Positions 1-8,963 are shown, counted from the first letter of the stretch. The stretch is 64,000 nucleotides of DNA from an uncultured Eubacteriales bacterium (GCA_958352145.1 CATWNM010000009.1:3-64002), one strand, 5' to 3'. Notes: generated by a model from the letters alone, not told the origin. Translations and numbers: made by a program.

Positions 1-3000
1 GTATGGCTGTACCCCGACGAGTCGAGCGCCGCCTGCCAGGACGCGCTCAGTCCGGTCATCATGTCTGTCCGGTCGCCCGCCGCATTGTATGCATAGTGCG
101 TGTATTCCGTTTTCTGTACATTCACTTTCTGCGCGATATCGGTCAGACGATTCATGCTGTCGTAGCTGTATTCGATCTGTCGCATCACCGGTATCTCGTC
201 CGTATCTGCCTGCGCCGACCGCTTTTCTTTTATGATATTCCCGTTTCCGTCATAGAAATACCGCGTAATCGCACTAGCCGCCTCGCTCACCGGCGTCACT
301 ATCCATATCAGCCGTCCCGCGTTATCATACGCATAGGTTGTCACATTGCCCCTGTAGTCGCACTCGCTCACCTTTCGCCCCAGTCCGTCATAGGTGCAGA
401 TTCGCTTGTTGTATCCGTCGTGCGTCTCCGTCAGCACATTTCCCCGATAGTCATAGGTATAGCTGCCGGTGGTCACTACCACATCCTCCGGCACGATATC
501 GTCCTCCGGAATTTCGTCCTCTACGGGTATGGTATAGTAGCTGCGCACAAGGTTCCCTACATAATCATATTCATACTTTGTAGCTGCCCCGCCGGTTTCC
601 TCCCGGACAATCTCCCCAGATTCGTTTATGTCCGTTATCGTGACGACCGCTTCCGCATAGGCGTCCCCCTCGATCGTTTTTGTCACCCGCAGCAGCTTCC
701 TTGTGTAGGCGTCGTCATATTCACTGGTCTCGCGGTATACAACGCTGTTCGTCCGGTCATATACCGCTTTTTCGATCACCCGGTCAAACAGATCATACGT
801 ATAGTATACCGTACTCGCCGCGCTGCTCCCTCGTCCCGTCGCTTCCGCCGTCACTCGTCCCTGTTCGTCATAGTAGTATTCTTTCTGCAAATCTCCTGAG
901 GCATAGTACACCGCCTGAAGCCGCCCAAGTCCGTCATAGTCGTATACCACCGCTTCACGGCCGCTCTCCGTCACTACCGTCGTATTCGCCCCGGTGTCAT
1001 ACGCATACGCAGTCACGCTCTCGTCCGGCTTGGTAACCATAGTCACGCGCCCGCGGTTGTCATATCCCGTCGCCGTCACATTGCCGTTTCCGTCCGTGGC
1101 CGTCACCACCCTCCCCATCGTGTCATACGTATACGATTGCGCAAGATTCGCTATGGCAAAACCCTCCGCGTCCTGCATCCCCGTTATGGTCTGCGACGCA
1201 AGGTTCGCTCCGCTGTATGTATAGCTCGTGGTGATTCCCGCCGCGTTTGTTACATTCACACTTGGATACTCGCTTTTCGTCAGCACCCGGCCCGCGCTGT
1301 CGTATGTATATGCCGTTCTCGATTGCAGGACCCCCTTGGTATACACGCAGGTCTCCGCGATGTTTTTCTTATCCTCCGTCAGCGTGTTGGTTATTTTCAC
1401 CGTGGTTCTGCTGTCCTGCCTGTATTCCACGCTCAGCGGCAGCTGATAGGTCCCGTCATACGTATACGTCGTGCGGTACTCTGTACTTGATGGGTTTGCG
1501 TACCCTTTCGGCGGAGTATACGTCAGCGTATTGCCGTACTCGTCGTGCGTATACGTTTCCGTCACCGCCATGAATGTCGTGCCGTACCTCGTCGTTGTGA
1601 TCCCGCTCGGCAGTTCATACGTATCATAGGATGTACTCACACGCTGTTTCAGCGTGTTCCCGTCGTACGTCTCCTGCTGCGTACACAAATGCTTACTGCT
1701 GAACGTATACTTATCCGATACCGTTTCTCCGTTCGGCATCCGCCTGCTCACTTTCGTACTATAGCTCTTTCCCATGCTGTAGTCGTCGGTATATGTGTAC
1801 GCAGTATACCCCTCTATCCGATTGTCCGCCGCATTCTCCAGCGCGTACCGCTCCGTCAGGCGGTATATGTTCAAATGTCCCTGCCATCTTCTCGCGCGCA
1901 GTTCTACATCCCGCAGCGCGTATGCATAACGCAGCTGCGCGCCGGTATCATACTCCACCGCCTCAAGCAGCGCATAGCAGATCCCGTCGCCCCCGCTGGT
2001 ATAGCTGAAACTATACGTCCCCTCGCTCAGCGCATACCGGAACGACGTCGTTTCTCCATCCGGGTACACGATCTTATCCAGAACATAATTGTTCTCTCCA
2101 TAGTCCTCGCTCTCCAGCGCGCGGATATGCAGCACAGTCTCGCTCCCGTCCGGCGCCGTCACCGTCACGGTTTTCCCCGTCGCCGTCTCCGCATAAGTGA
2201 TCGTCGTGCTCCGCCCCGCCGTATCGATGATTTCCGACGGACGCCATTCGTCCTCCACCTGCGCATACTTATATGTGACTGTGTTCCCAAAACGGTCAAC
2301 CTCCGCAATCAGAAGTCCTTCGGCGTTGAAGTAGTAGGCCGTCCCGTCGGCAAAGCTCAGCTTTTTATAAGCGTCAAACTGCCCGTTGCTGTATGTCTGG
2401 TCCATACTCAGCGCCATATCTTTCAGCAGATAGCCGTCGATGTCGTTTCCGTAGATCGTATAACTCCCTTTGTCCGGCAGTACCAAACGGTCGGTTATCC
2501 AATTTTCTATCGACGGAATATTGAACGACCACCCCGCTCCGATATTATACCGCTTTTCGTTATATGTCTGCGTTTTGTCCCTGCCATAAAATACCGTATT
2601 GTTAGCCGTTTCAATCGCCACATTCAAAAATGTTGCATTTCCGACGTAAAAGGTCGCTCGGATCGTTCCCTCAAACGCCGTCTCCTCCACCCACGTCCGC
2701 TTCCAGATCGTCCGCCCGTCGCTGTACGTCCCGTCCGCAGCAGCTTCTGTCCCCGACACCTCGGATGTGCCTGTCTTGAATAGTTCCCCGCTATATCCCT
2801 GCGATGAAAATGTATAGCTTTCCTGCGGAATGTTCGGGTTGCTCTGTGTGCTCTCCAGCACAAGATACGGATTCTCCACCCAGCGTATAGTTCGGGTATT
2901 GCTCAAAACCTCTCTATGCTGTACTTCGTCCACATATGGAGGATTCAATACAACTGTTTCTCCTTCCCGTTCTTCCAGCGCCCCTATACATTCCATCGCT

Positions 3001-3605
3001 TGATCCATTTCAGTATAGTGTTCGCTCGCGTCGGCGCGTTCCTCGACCCGAACCTCCTCGCCGTTCCAACCCGTTACATAGACCACACTCGTATACGTGC
3101 ATCGATAGAACACTTCTGATCCCGGTACACAATACCCATACTGATCCAAATAGCTGTCGGCCGAATTGTATTCCACACGCAGGTCGATATCGTTCCCGTT
3201 TACGCCCGGTATCGTCACCAGTGATTCCGTATACTGCAATGCACCCGTATTCAGTTGGACCCGCTCCCGCTCGTCGATCCGCACGTCAAAGGGCTGCGAT
3301 ACCGCTGTGATTTGGAATTCATCTTCTTCCTCATCTCCGCTCGCGCTCTGCACCGCCGCCGCTTCTGTTTGCTCCGGCGTCTGCGGCGCCCCGCTTTCGC
3401 CGGCTTCCGGATTCAACATTTCCGCTTTCCCGGCTTCCGCTTCCTCCGGCCGCTCCCCGAGCCCTGCGCCGTGTTCCTGCATTCTTTCCGCCATATATTC
3501 CGCGGCTTCTTCCGCCAAAATCGTAAATGTTCCCGTTGCCGTCAACATGGCCACGCTCAGCAGAAGTCCTATCCCTCGCTGCCATTTGCTGTATCTTTCC
3601 TTCAT
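1..3605 (-). CDS. Rhs/YD-repeat family secreted protein, N-terminal ~1200 codons (partial; C-terminus lies left of the window)
   Basis: The minus frame is open from ATG 3605 (RBS AGGAGA 8 nt upstream) to the window edge. It is absent from the ORF track because its stop is off-window. Hand translation gives MKERYSKWQRGIGLLLSVAMLTATGTFTILA (signal peptide), an acidic linker, then many YD repeats (YTYDTMGRVV, YDNRGRVT, YDYDGLGRLQ, YAYDNAGRLI, YFYDGNGNII, YSYDSMNRLT). Confidence 0.85.
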   Translation of the reverse strand, partial: MKERYSKWQRGIGLLLSVAMLTATGTFTILAEEAAEYMAERMQEHGAGLGERPEEAEAGKAEMLNPEAGESGAPQTPEQTEAAAVQSASGDEEEDEFQITAVSQPFDVRIDERERVQLNTGALQYTESLVTIPGVNGNDIDLRVEYNSADSYLDQYGYCVPGSEVFYRCTYTSVVYVTGWNGEEVRVEERADASEHYTEMDQAMECIGALEEREGETVVLNPPYVDEVQHREVLSNTRTIRWVENPYLVLESTQSNPNIPQESYTFSSQGYSGELFKTGTSEVSGTEAAADGTYSDGRTIWKRTWVEETAFEGTIRATFYVGNATFLNVAIETANNTVFYGRDKTQTYNEKRYNIGAGWSFNIPSIENWITDRLVLPDKGSYTIYGNDIDGYLLKDMALSMDQTYSNGQFDAYKKLSFADGTAYYFNAEGLLIAEVDRFGNTVTYKYAQVEDEWRPSEIIDTAGRSTTITYAETATGKTVTVTAPDGSETVLHIRALESEDYGENNYVLDKIVYPDGETTSFRYALSEGTYSFSYTSGGDGICYALLEAVEYDTGAQLRYAYALRDVELRARRWQGHLNIYRLTERYALENAADNRIEGYTAYTYTDDYSMGKSYSTKVSRRMPNGETVSDKYTFSSKHLCTQQETYDGNTLKQRVSTSYDTYELPSGITTTRYGTTFMAVTETYTHDEYGNTLTYTPPKGYANPSSTEYRTTYTYDGTYQLPLSVEYRQDSRTTVKITNTLTEDKKNIAETCVYTKGVLQSRTAYTYDSAGRVLTKSEYPSVNVTNAAGITTSYTYSGANLASQTITGMQDAEGFAIANLAQSYTYDTMGRVVTATDGNGNVTATGYDNRGRVTMVTKPDESVTAYAYDTGANTTVVTESGREAVVYDYDGLGRLQAVYYASGDLQKEYYYDEQGRVTAEATGRGSSAASTVYYTYDLFDRVIEKAVYDRTNSVVYRETSEYDDAYTRKLLRVTKTIEGDAYAEAVVTITDINESGEIVREETGGAATKYEYDYVGNLVRSYYTIPVEDEIPEDDIVPEDVVVTTGSYTYDYRGNVLTETHDGYNKRICTYDGLGRKVSECDYRGNVTTYAYDNAGRLIWIVTPVSEAASAITRYFYDGNGNIIKEKRSAQADTDEIPVMRQIEYSYDSMNRLTDIAQKVNVQKTEYTHYAYNAAGDRTDMMTGLSASWQAALDSSGYSH

Positions 3606-3657
3606 TTTTCCTGTCTCCTGTTTGCTCTATTGTCCGGGGCTACCGATTGCCAAGGTC

Positions 3658-3695
3658 AAAAAAGCGCAGGATCAGTCTTTCTCCGACTGCCCTGC
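3658..3695 (-). terminator. Intrinsic terminator/attenuator inside the Rhs leader
   Basis: Minus-strand hairpin GCAGGGCAGTC-ggagaaa-GACTGATCCTGC (one bulged A) followed by GCTTTTTT. It lies between the predicted promoter and the Rhs start codon. Confidence 0.6.
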
Positions 3696-3809
3696 ACCGG
3701 TAATATTTGCCGCAGTCTGCGATCGTAAATTGTTCATCGTTGTTTGGGTTCATAACGGCGTATATACTGCGCTGACGCTCAAATACTTCAACTGCGGCTT
3801 TTTATCCAT

Positions 3810-3838
3810 ATTTTACCACACATTCCAACCCCTGTCAA
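3810..3838 (-). promoter_or_regulatory. Sigma-A type promoter for the Rhs gene
   Basis: Minus strand reads TTGACA-17 nt-TAAAAT with an extended -10 (TGgTAAAAT). It lies ~200 nt upstream of ATG 3605. Confidence 0.55.
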
Positions 3839-3898
3839 TACTCTGTGGCAAAATCGTGTCTCCTCCATCCCCGCCTATTGTTCGCTGCCAAACACAAA

Positions 3899-3941
3899 GG
3901 CGTGCCTTTTGCGGAAAGCAACTTTCCGCAAAAGGCACGCC
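3899..3941 (-). terminator. asnB intrinsic terminator
   Basis: Perfect ~20-bp stem GGCGTGCCTTTTGCGGAAAG/CTTTCCGCAAAAGGCACGCC, 50 nt downstream of the asnB stop, with a T-rich tail on the minus strand. Confidence 0.8.
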
Positions 3942-3989
3942 GTCTCTATATACATCCGCTGCCGCCATAACTCGACGCGCTTTCAGCAT

Positions 3990-5825
3990 TCAGATATCCT
4001 CAAATTCAACTTTATAAAGTTCGCAGAAATAATCAAATTGATACAGCCAGGCAAGCAGCTGTGGGCGGGACATAAGCTGTCCAAACCAGGTCTCGCTGTC
4101 GCTCGCCAGCATTCGGTCAAATGCCTCCGTATCCATGATCTGCGCCAAAATCCCGCAGGGAGAGGCAAGACGCCGGCGCAGCATATCGAGAACTTCCTGC
4201 TCATACGCCGGATTGTGCGTCTTCGGATACGGACTTTTCTTGCGGTGCAGAATTTTTTCGGGCAGAACATCCTGCATTGCATTGCGCAAAAGTGCTTTTT
4301 CCACCTGATTTTCAAATTTGATCTCCCACGGAACGTTATAGACATATTCCAAAATTCGATGATCTGCAAAGGGAACGCGCACCTCGAGCGAAGAATACAT
4401 GCTCATGCGGTCCTTTCTTTCCAAAAGCGAAGTCATGAAAAAGCCTGTGGAAAGATGCGTAGCAATCCGGGACTGCCGCATGCTGTCACTATCATCCTCC
4501 AGCGTATCGCACCCCGCCAACCATTTTTTATACAGCCCTGAAATATAAGCGTATCCCTCGTCCGGATCCAAAAGTCCGTGCTTCAGCAGCCGTATACGCG
4601 CATACGGATCATGGATCCACGGAAAGAAATCCCGATACAGCATTTCCGGACGGTAAAACCACGGATAACCGCCGAAAATTTCATCCGAACACTCGCCGGA
4701 AATGGCAACCGTATGCCGCGCTTTCACCCGCCGGCAAAAATACAGCAGCGAAGAATCGACGTCCGCCTGCCCGGGCATATCGCGCGCCGCCGTGGCCGCT
4801 TCAAGACATCTGGCGACCTCCTCTGTCGGCGCGGTCAGCACCGTATGATCGGTTTTCAGCCATTGCCCCAGCCATCTTGCATACTCGTCGTCTCCCTGTG
4901 GTTGAAACAGAGACTGATGGAAGTTTTCCCGATTGCCTTCATACTCGAAAGAATAGGTCGAAAGCGTCTCTCCCTGCTCCCGGTAAGCTGCCGCGCCGAT
5001 GGCGCTGAGAACCGAAGAATCAAGCCCCCCGGACAAAAAGGTGCAAAGCGGCACATCGCTGACAAGCTGCCGGCGCATGGCGTCCTCTACAAGCTCACGC
5101 ACCCGCCGTACGGCATCCGCCCCGCAGCCGTCAAACGGCCGGGCGTGAAGGGACCAGTACCGGCTGATCCGGGCGCCGTCAGCGTCCACAACCATATATT
5201 CGCCGCCGCAAAGTTCAAAAATATCCCGGAATACGCCGCTGCCCGGCATTTTTACCGGCGCCAGAAACCAAAGCTCAAAAAACTGTTCGCGCGAGAGCAC
5301 CGGACGCACATCCGGATGCGCGAGCAGCGCTTTGATCTCCGACGCAAATAAAAGCGCGTCCCCAGCGCGCGTGTAAAACAAAGGCTTCACGCCAAACCGG
5401 TCGCGCGCAAGAAACACCCGTCGCTGCGCCTCGTCATAAACCGCAAACGCAAAAATACCATTCAGATGCGACGCGCATTCATCCCCATACAATATGTATG
5501 CCCACAGCACGACCTCGGTATCGCAGTTGGTCTCAAAACTCGCGCCGCGCGCTGTTAAATCGATGCGCAGTTCGGGCGCATTGTAGATTTCTCCGTTATA
5601 GGCGATGGTATATTGCTTTCCGCGATAACTTCTGCACATCGGCTGCTTGCCGTTCTCAATATCAATGACCGCCAGGCGATTATGATGAAATCCAACGCCG
5701 GGAAAAATCGCTGTACCGGTGGAATCCGGGCCGCGGCGCGCCATTGTCCCGCCCATCGTCTGAAGCAGCGCTTCATCCGGAACGTTTTCATTTTTTAAAT
5801 CAATAATTCCGCAAATTGAACACAT
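3990..5825 (-). CDS. asnB: Asparagine synthase (glutamine-hydrolysing)
   Basis: 611 aa. The N-terminus MCSICGI carries the Ntn amidotransferase Cys nucleophile, SGGLDSS is the PP-loop, and the length is typical for AsnB. Confidence 0.9.
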   Translation of the reverse strand: MCSICGIIDLKNENVPDEALLQTMGGTMARRGPDSTGTAIFPGVGFHHNRLAVIDIENGKQPMCRSYRGKQYTIAYNGEIYNAPELRIDLTARGASFETNCDTEVVLWAYILYGDECASHLNGIFAFAVYDEAQRRVFLARDRFGVKPLFYTRAGDALLFASEIKALLAHPDVRPVLSREQFFELWFLAPVKMPGSGVFRDIFELCGGEYMVVDADGARISRYWSLHARPFDGCGADAVRRVRELVEDAMRRQLVSDVPLCTFLSGGLDSSVLSAIGAAAYREQGETLSTYSFEYEGNRENFHQSLFQPQGDDEYARWLGQWLKTDHTVLTAPTEEVARCLEAATAARDMPGQADVDSSLLYFCRRVKARHTVAISGECSDEIFGGYPWFYRPEMLYRDFFPWIHDPYARIRLLKHGLLDPDEGYAYISGLYKKWLAGCDTLEDDSDSMRQSRIATHLSTGFFMTSLLERKDRMSMYSSLEVRVPFADHRILEYVYNVPWEIKFENQVEKALLRNAMQDVLPEKILHRKKSPYPKTHNPAYEQEVLDMLRRRLASPCGILAQIMDTEAFDRMLASDSETWFGQLMSRPQLLAWLYQFDYFCELYKVEFEDI

Positions 5826-5884
5826 AATAACTCCTCCGTTAGCTACTGTTATTTTATGCGCATCCGCGAAGAAGTTTAAAAAAA

Positions 5885-6097
5885 CGGCCCCATTTTGGGT
5901 CGTATGAGACTATCGAAAAACTCCGTTTTTCGATAGAAAAGACCGCGTTCACTCGCGTCTTCGTGCCGCTTACGCGGCACTCGCGCGGCCACAAGGTGTA
6001 AAAAAGCCGGCAAAGCCGGCTTTTTTACACAACTTTTATAGTGTTTTGTTTTTGCAAAATACTTTTTCAACAGACTCAAACGGCCCCATTGGGGCCG
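5885..6097. repeat. Inverted pair of a ~35-nt hairpin-containing repeat flanking ~140 bp (MITE/REP-like)
   Basis: The right arm (6063-6097) is TTTTTCAACAGACTCAAACGGCCCCATTGGGGCCG. The left arm (5885-5920), read on the minus strand, is TTTTTCGATAGTCTCATACGACCCAAAATGGGGCCG. The interior holds perfect hairpins at 5910-5936 and 5963-5980. Confidence 0.5.
6000..6026. terminator. Bidirectional intrinsic terminator
   Basis: AAAAAAGCCGGC-aaa-GCCGGCTTTTTT, with A/T runs on both sides. It lies between the asnB upstream region and the 6170-8380 operon. Confidence 0.7.
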
Positions 6098-6169
6098 AAA
6101 AAATGTTATCCCGGACGTTCCGTGCAACATATACCCCGGCAAGCGCACAGCAAAGCGCAAAAACCGTTT

Positions 6170-7060
6170 TCAGAAAATGCCGGGAATCCAGTGCGCAATC
6201 CAAAATCCGGCGGCAAAAGAAGCCGCGTTGGAAATCAGCGCATAACAAACCGCCTTCCCCCGATTTTGCGGTTCGGCGCTGTACCTTTGCAGCAGCAGCG
6301 CATAAAGCACGGCCTCGATCACAAAAACGGCGATTTCAATTAAAAGATAGCTGAAAGTGAAAACCATGGAACCGGAATTGTAATTTATGATATTCAGCAG
6401 CACGTTCAGCAGAATCTGCGTAATCACATTGACAGGCACAAGAAAGGAAAACAGCCTTTTCTCCCGGTATCCAAAAAGCCATGCGATCCCCAGTTCCAGC
6501 AAAACGGTAAGGACAGTGCGCGCCGCAAAAGAAACAATTTCTAAGGTATAATCATAGCTTTTTTCCGCGATCAGGCCACCATTCTGACGCCCGGCCAAAT
6601 CGACGGTGAAATAACTGTCAAAAGCATAGCGCGTATAGATTGGGCTAACATAAAAATCGCCGCTATTTGGAAAATACAGCAAAACTTTAAAGGTTGAAGG
6701 CGGATAATACGTCCACTTCAACTCGCCGGTTTCCGAACAATCCCACCATACCTGCAAAAAATAAAAGCCGTCCGTGTCCTCATACTGTGTAAACGCCTTC
6801 CAGATCTCGTATTCGCCGTCCGGATAACGCGCGTCCGCCTCTGTGCCGTCCCACGCTGAGGCCGGACCGGTAGACATGGATTCTGACAGGAGCGTGCCAT
6901 AGTATGTCTCTCCTGCGATTCCGGTAAACGAAATCTGCACGGAGGGCTTGGGGCCCATATCGGCATAAGCGGTAAGCGGCAGCGCCATAATCATCAGAAC
7001 GCAGGCGGCTGCAAGCGTCAGCGCTTTGTGCACTTTTTTCACGCCGGATTTCTCTCTCAT
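6170..7060 (-). CDS. Hypothetical membrane protein (signal peptide, ~170-aa extracytoplasmic domain, C-terminal multi-TM region)
   Basis: 296-aa ORF. The N-terminus ends LTLAAACVLMIMALPLTAYA, and the C-terminal half has several hydrophobic segments. I recognise no family motif. Confidence 0.6.
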   Translation of the reverse strand: MREKSGVKKVHKALTLAAACVLMIMALPLTAYADMGPKPSVQISFTGIAGETYYGTLLSESMSTGPASAWDGTEADARYPDGEYEIWKAFTQYEDTDGFYFLQVWWDCSETGELKWTYYPPSTFKVLLYFPNSGDFYVSPIYTRYAFDSYFTVDLAGRQNGGLIAEKSYDYTLEIVSFAARTVLTVLLELGIAWLFGYREKRLFSFLVPVNVITQILLNVLLNIINYNSGSMVFTFSYLLIEIAVFVIEAVLYALLLQRYSAEPQNRGKAVCYALISNAASFAAGFWIAHWIPGIF

Positions 7061-7129
7061 AGCAAATCACCCGCTCTCAAATTTCAGGCTGTCTGTCTGA
7101 AAACCACAAAACCGCCATGCCGCGGCCGC

Positions 7130-8380
7130 TTATTTCAAAAATTCCGGTAAAAACGCATCATCCGTATAATCGGTTATATACTTTTTCAGCGTATCAAAGG
7201 TAAAGGAGCCCCAGTTATTCGCGCCGTGCTCTTTCGCCAGCGCCTCCGTATAATCCTCCATCAGATACAGACGCACATCATAGCGGACGGCTAGCCCCTG
7301 TGAGTCTTTTTTGGACGTATCAGTCTTATAATGGCTGATGACCGGATTAACCAGCGCGTTTTCAATATGGATCGCGCCGTCGGCATCCCGAACAATATCA
7401 AAAGTTAAAATCTCTCCGACCATGTTCTTTCCGTATAGCATGGTCGAACACAGATTGCCGAGCGAATACGCCACAAGCGTTTGATTCCCGCTCTCGCCGG
7501 TCAGATACTCCACCCCGCCCACGACATGCGGATGATGCCCTAAAACGACGTCCACACCCAAATCGGCGCAGAGCGAAGCATATTTTGACTGTTCGGACGT
7601 CACGCCGAATTCATCTTCCGTTCCCCAGTGAAAAGACACAATCACCACGTCGGCCTGCTGTTTGGCTAGTCCAACCTGCCGGGTAATATCATTCGTATCC
7701 GCATAGGGAATCAAATATTCGCTCGAAGCGGGCAGATCGTTCGCATGCGCATAATTGACCAGCGTCGTATAGCTGAGAAAAGCGATCTTCACGCCCGAAT
7801 GCTCGACGATACGCACCGTGTCATAATCCTTTTTGGTATACCCACCGATCATCGTAACCGGAAGAGAATTAAAATATTCGATGGTGTTGATATAACCCGT
7901 TGCCCCTTTATCGAGCATATGGTTATTGGCGATATTGAATACATCAAACCCCGTATCGATCAGCGCCTCGACCATCTCTTTCGGCGCATTGAAATTCGGA
8001 TAGCCCGAAATGCCGAGATCCGTGCCGCCGACCGGCGATTCCTGATTGACAAAAGCAATGTCCGCTGAAGAGATCAGTTCCCGAATCCCTGAAAAAATCT
8101 CCGAAAAATTATATTTTTGGGCGCCCGATGCAAGCGTAGAGGCCGTCGCCACAACCGAATCGTGCGGAATATTATCCCCCGCCGCAGCCATGCGAATGCG
8201 CGTTTCTTCGCCGGACGGCGTTAAAGAAGTGCCGGACGTATTGAGCGTAACGGGCGCAAGCGTCGCCTCGGTCGTCCGCGCGGAATCATCCGAGCCGGAA
8301 ACAGGCGGCGTTTTTTCCCCGCAGGATGTAAAAGAAAAGCAAAAAAGCGCACAAAGCATAAAACAAACGAATTTTTTCAT
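7130..8380 (-). CDS. CapA-family (PGA_cap metallophosphatase-like) lipoprotein
   Basis: Lipobox MKKFVCFMLCALFCFSFTSCG at the internal ATG 8380 (RBS GGAAAGG). Motifs AAGDN..H, NNH and GHHPHV are typical of CapA. Confidence 0.75.
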   Translation of the reverse strand: MKKFVCFMLCALFCFSFTSCGEKTPPVSGSDDSARTTEATLAPVTLNTSGTSLTPSGEETRIRMAAAGDNIPHDSVVATASTLASGAQKYNFSEIFSGIRELISSADIAFVNQESPVGGTDLGISGYPNFNAPKEMVEALIDTGFDVFNIANNHMLDKGATGYINTIEYFNSLPVTMIGGYTKKDYDTVRIVEHSGVKIAFLSYTTLVNYAHANDLPASSEYLIPYADTNDITRQVGLAKQQADVVIVSFHWGTEDEFGVTSEQSKYASLCADLGVDVVLGHHPHVVGGVEYLTGESGNQTLVAYSLGNLCSTMLYGKNMVGEILTFDIVRDADGAIHIENALVNPVISHYKTDTSKKDSQGLAVRYDVRLYLMEDYTEALAKEHGANNWGSFTFDTLKKYITDYTDDAFLPEFLK

Positions 8381-8609
8381 AAGCACCTTTCCATTTTGGG
8401 CCTTGCCCCACAAACGTTAAACGGCGGATCTGCCGCCGGAAAAGGAAAACAGCCCCGCCGCCGGATTCAGCAAAGGGACATCTTGCCAGATCGCTCTTAT
8501 TTTAGCACACATGGAATACTTTTTCAACTATTTTTAGATTCTTACACCGGATTTACAACTTTCGACGCCGCCCGGTGCTAAAATTGAGAAAAACACGGAG
8601 GTTTAAAAT

Positions 8610-8963
8610 ATGATACACAAAAATACCCGTGTCGTCTCCGAAAAAAGCGGAGATATTCTCCGCGCCGCAGTTCTAGGAGAAATCGACCATCACGGCGCGG
8701 CGGGACTCAGAGACGAGCTCGATGAATTGATCTGCGCATCCCGGCCAAAAAAAGTGGAGCTTGACCTGTCCAAAGTGGATTTTATGGACAGTTCGGGACT
8801 TGGAATCATCATGGGCCGGCACGCCACAGCGGAAAAAATCGGCGCGGCGCTCGTGCTGAAAAACCCTGCACCGCGCGTCGCAAGGATCATAGAGCTTTCC
8901 GGCTTAAACCGCATGATTCCCATTGAATATCAAAACGTCGGAGGTTCAGACAATGAGAAGTAA
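8610..8963 (+). CDS. spoIIAA: Anti-sigma F factor antagonist (STAS domain)
   Basis: 117 aa with the FMDSSGLG phospho-serine motif. It is the first gene of the spoIIA operon order. Confidence 0.9.
   Translation: MIHKNTRVVSEKSGDILRAAVLGEIDHHGAAGLRDELDELICASRPKKVELDLSKVDFMDSSGLGIIMGRHATAEKIGAALVLKNPAPRVARIIELSGLNRMIPIEYQNVGGSDNEK

Noticed and set aside
3640-3753. 37-codon ORF (MNPNNDEQFTIADCGKYYRC...) inside the Rhs leader on the minus strand; a possible leader peptide.
   Set aside because: There is no Shine-Dalgarno sequence upstream of its ATG, and it runs straight through the terminator hairpin. I cannot distinguish it from chance, so I kept it only as a possibility under the leader finding.
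3-4017. Plus-strand ORFs from the track (3-899, 680-1036, 1545-2783, 2936-3310, 3166-4017 and others) covering the first 4 kb.
   Set aside because: Their translations are Arg/Pro/Ser/His-rich and low in complexity, and the ORFs are fragmented and mutually overlapping. They lie antisense to one continuous, motif-rich YD-repeat frame on the minus strand, so they are shadow ORFs.
5826-6000. Possible T-box or attenuator leader upstream of asnB; a weak hairpin plus T7 at ~5876-5901 on the minus strand.
   Set aside because: There is no T-box core (AGGGUGGNACCGCG-like) and no specifier-loop features. The hairpin is imperfect and is better explained as the left arm of the inverted repeat element.
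8561-8567. TTCGACG upstream of spoIIAA, a possible Spo0A box (TTCGACA/TGTCGAA), and a possible sigma-H promoter.
   Set aside because: It is only a single 6/7 half-match, and I could not align a convincing sigma-H -35/-10 pair by eye. The evidence is insufficient for a feature call.
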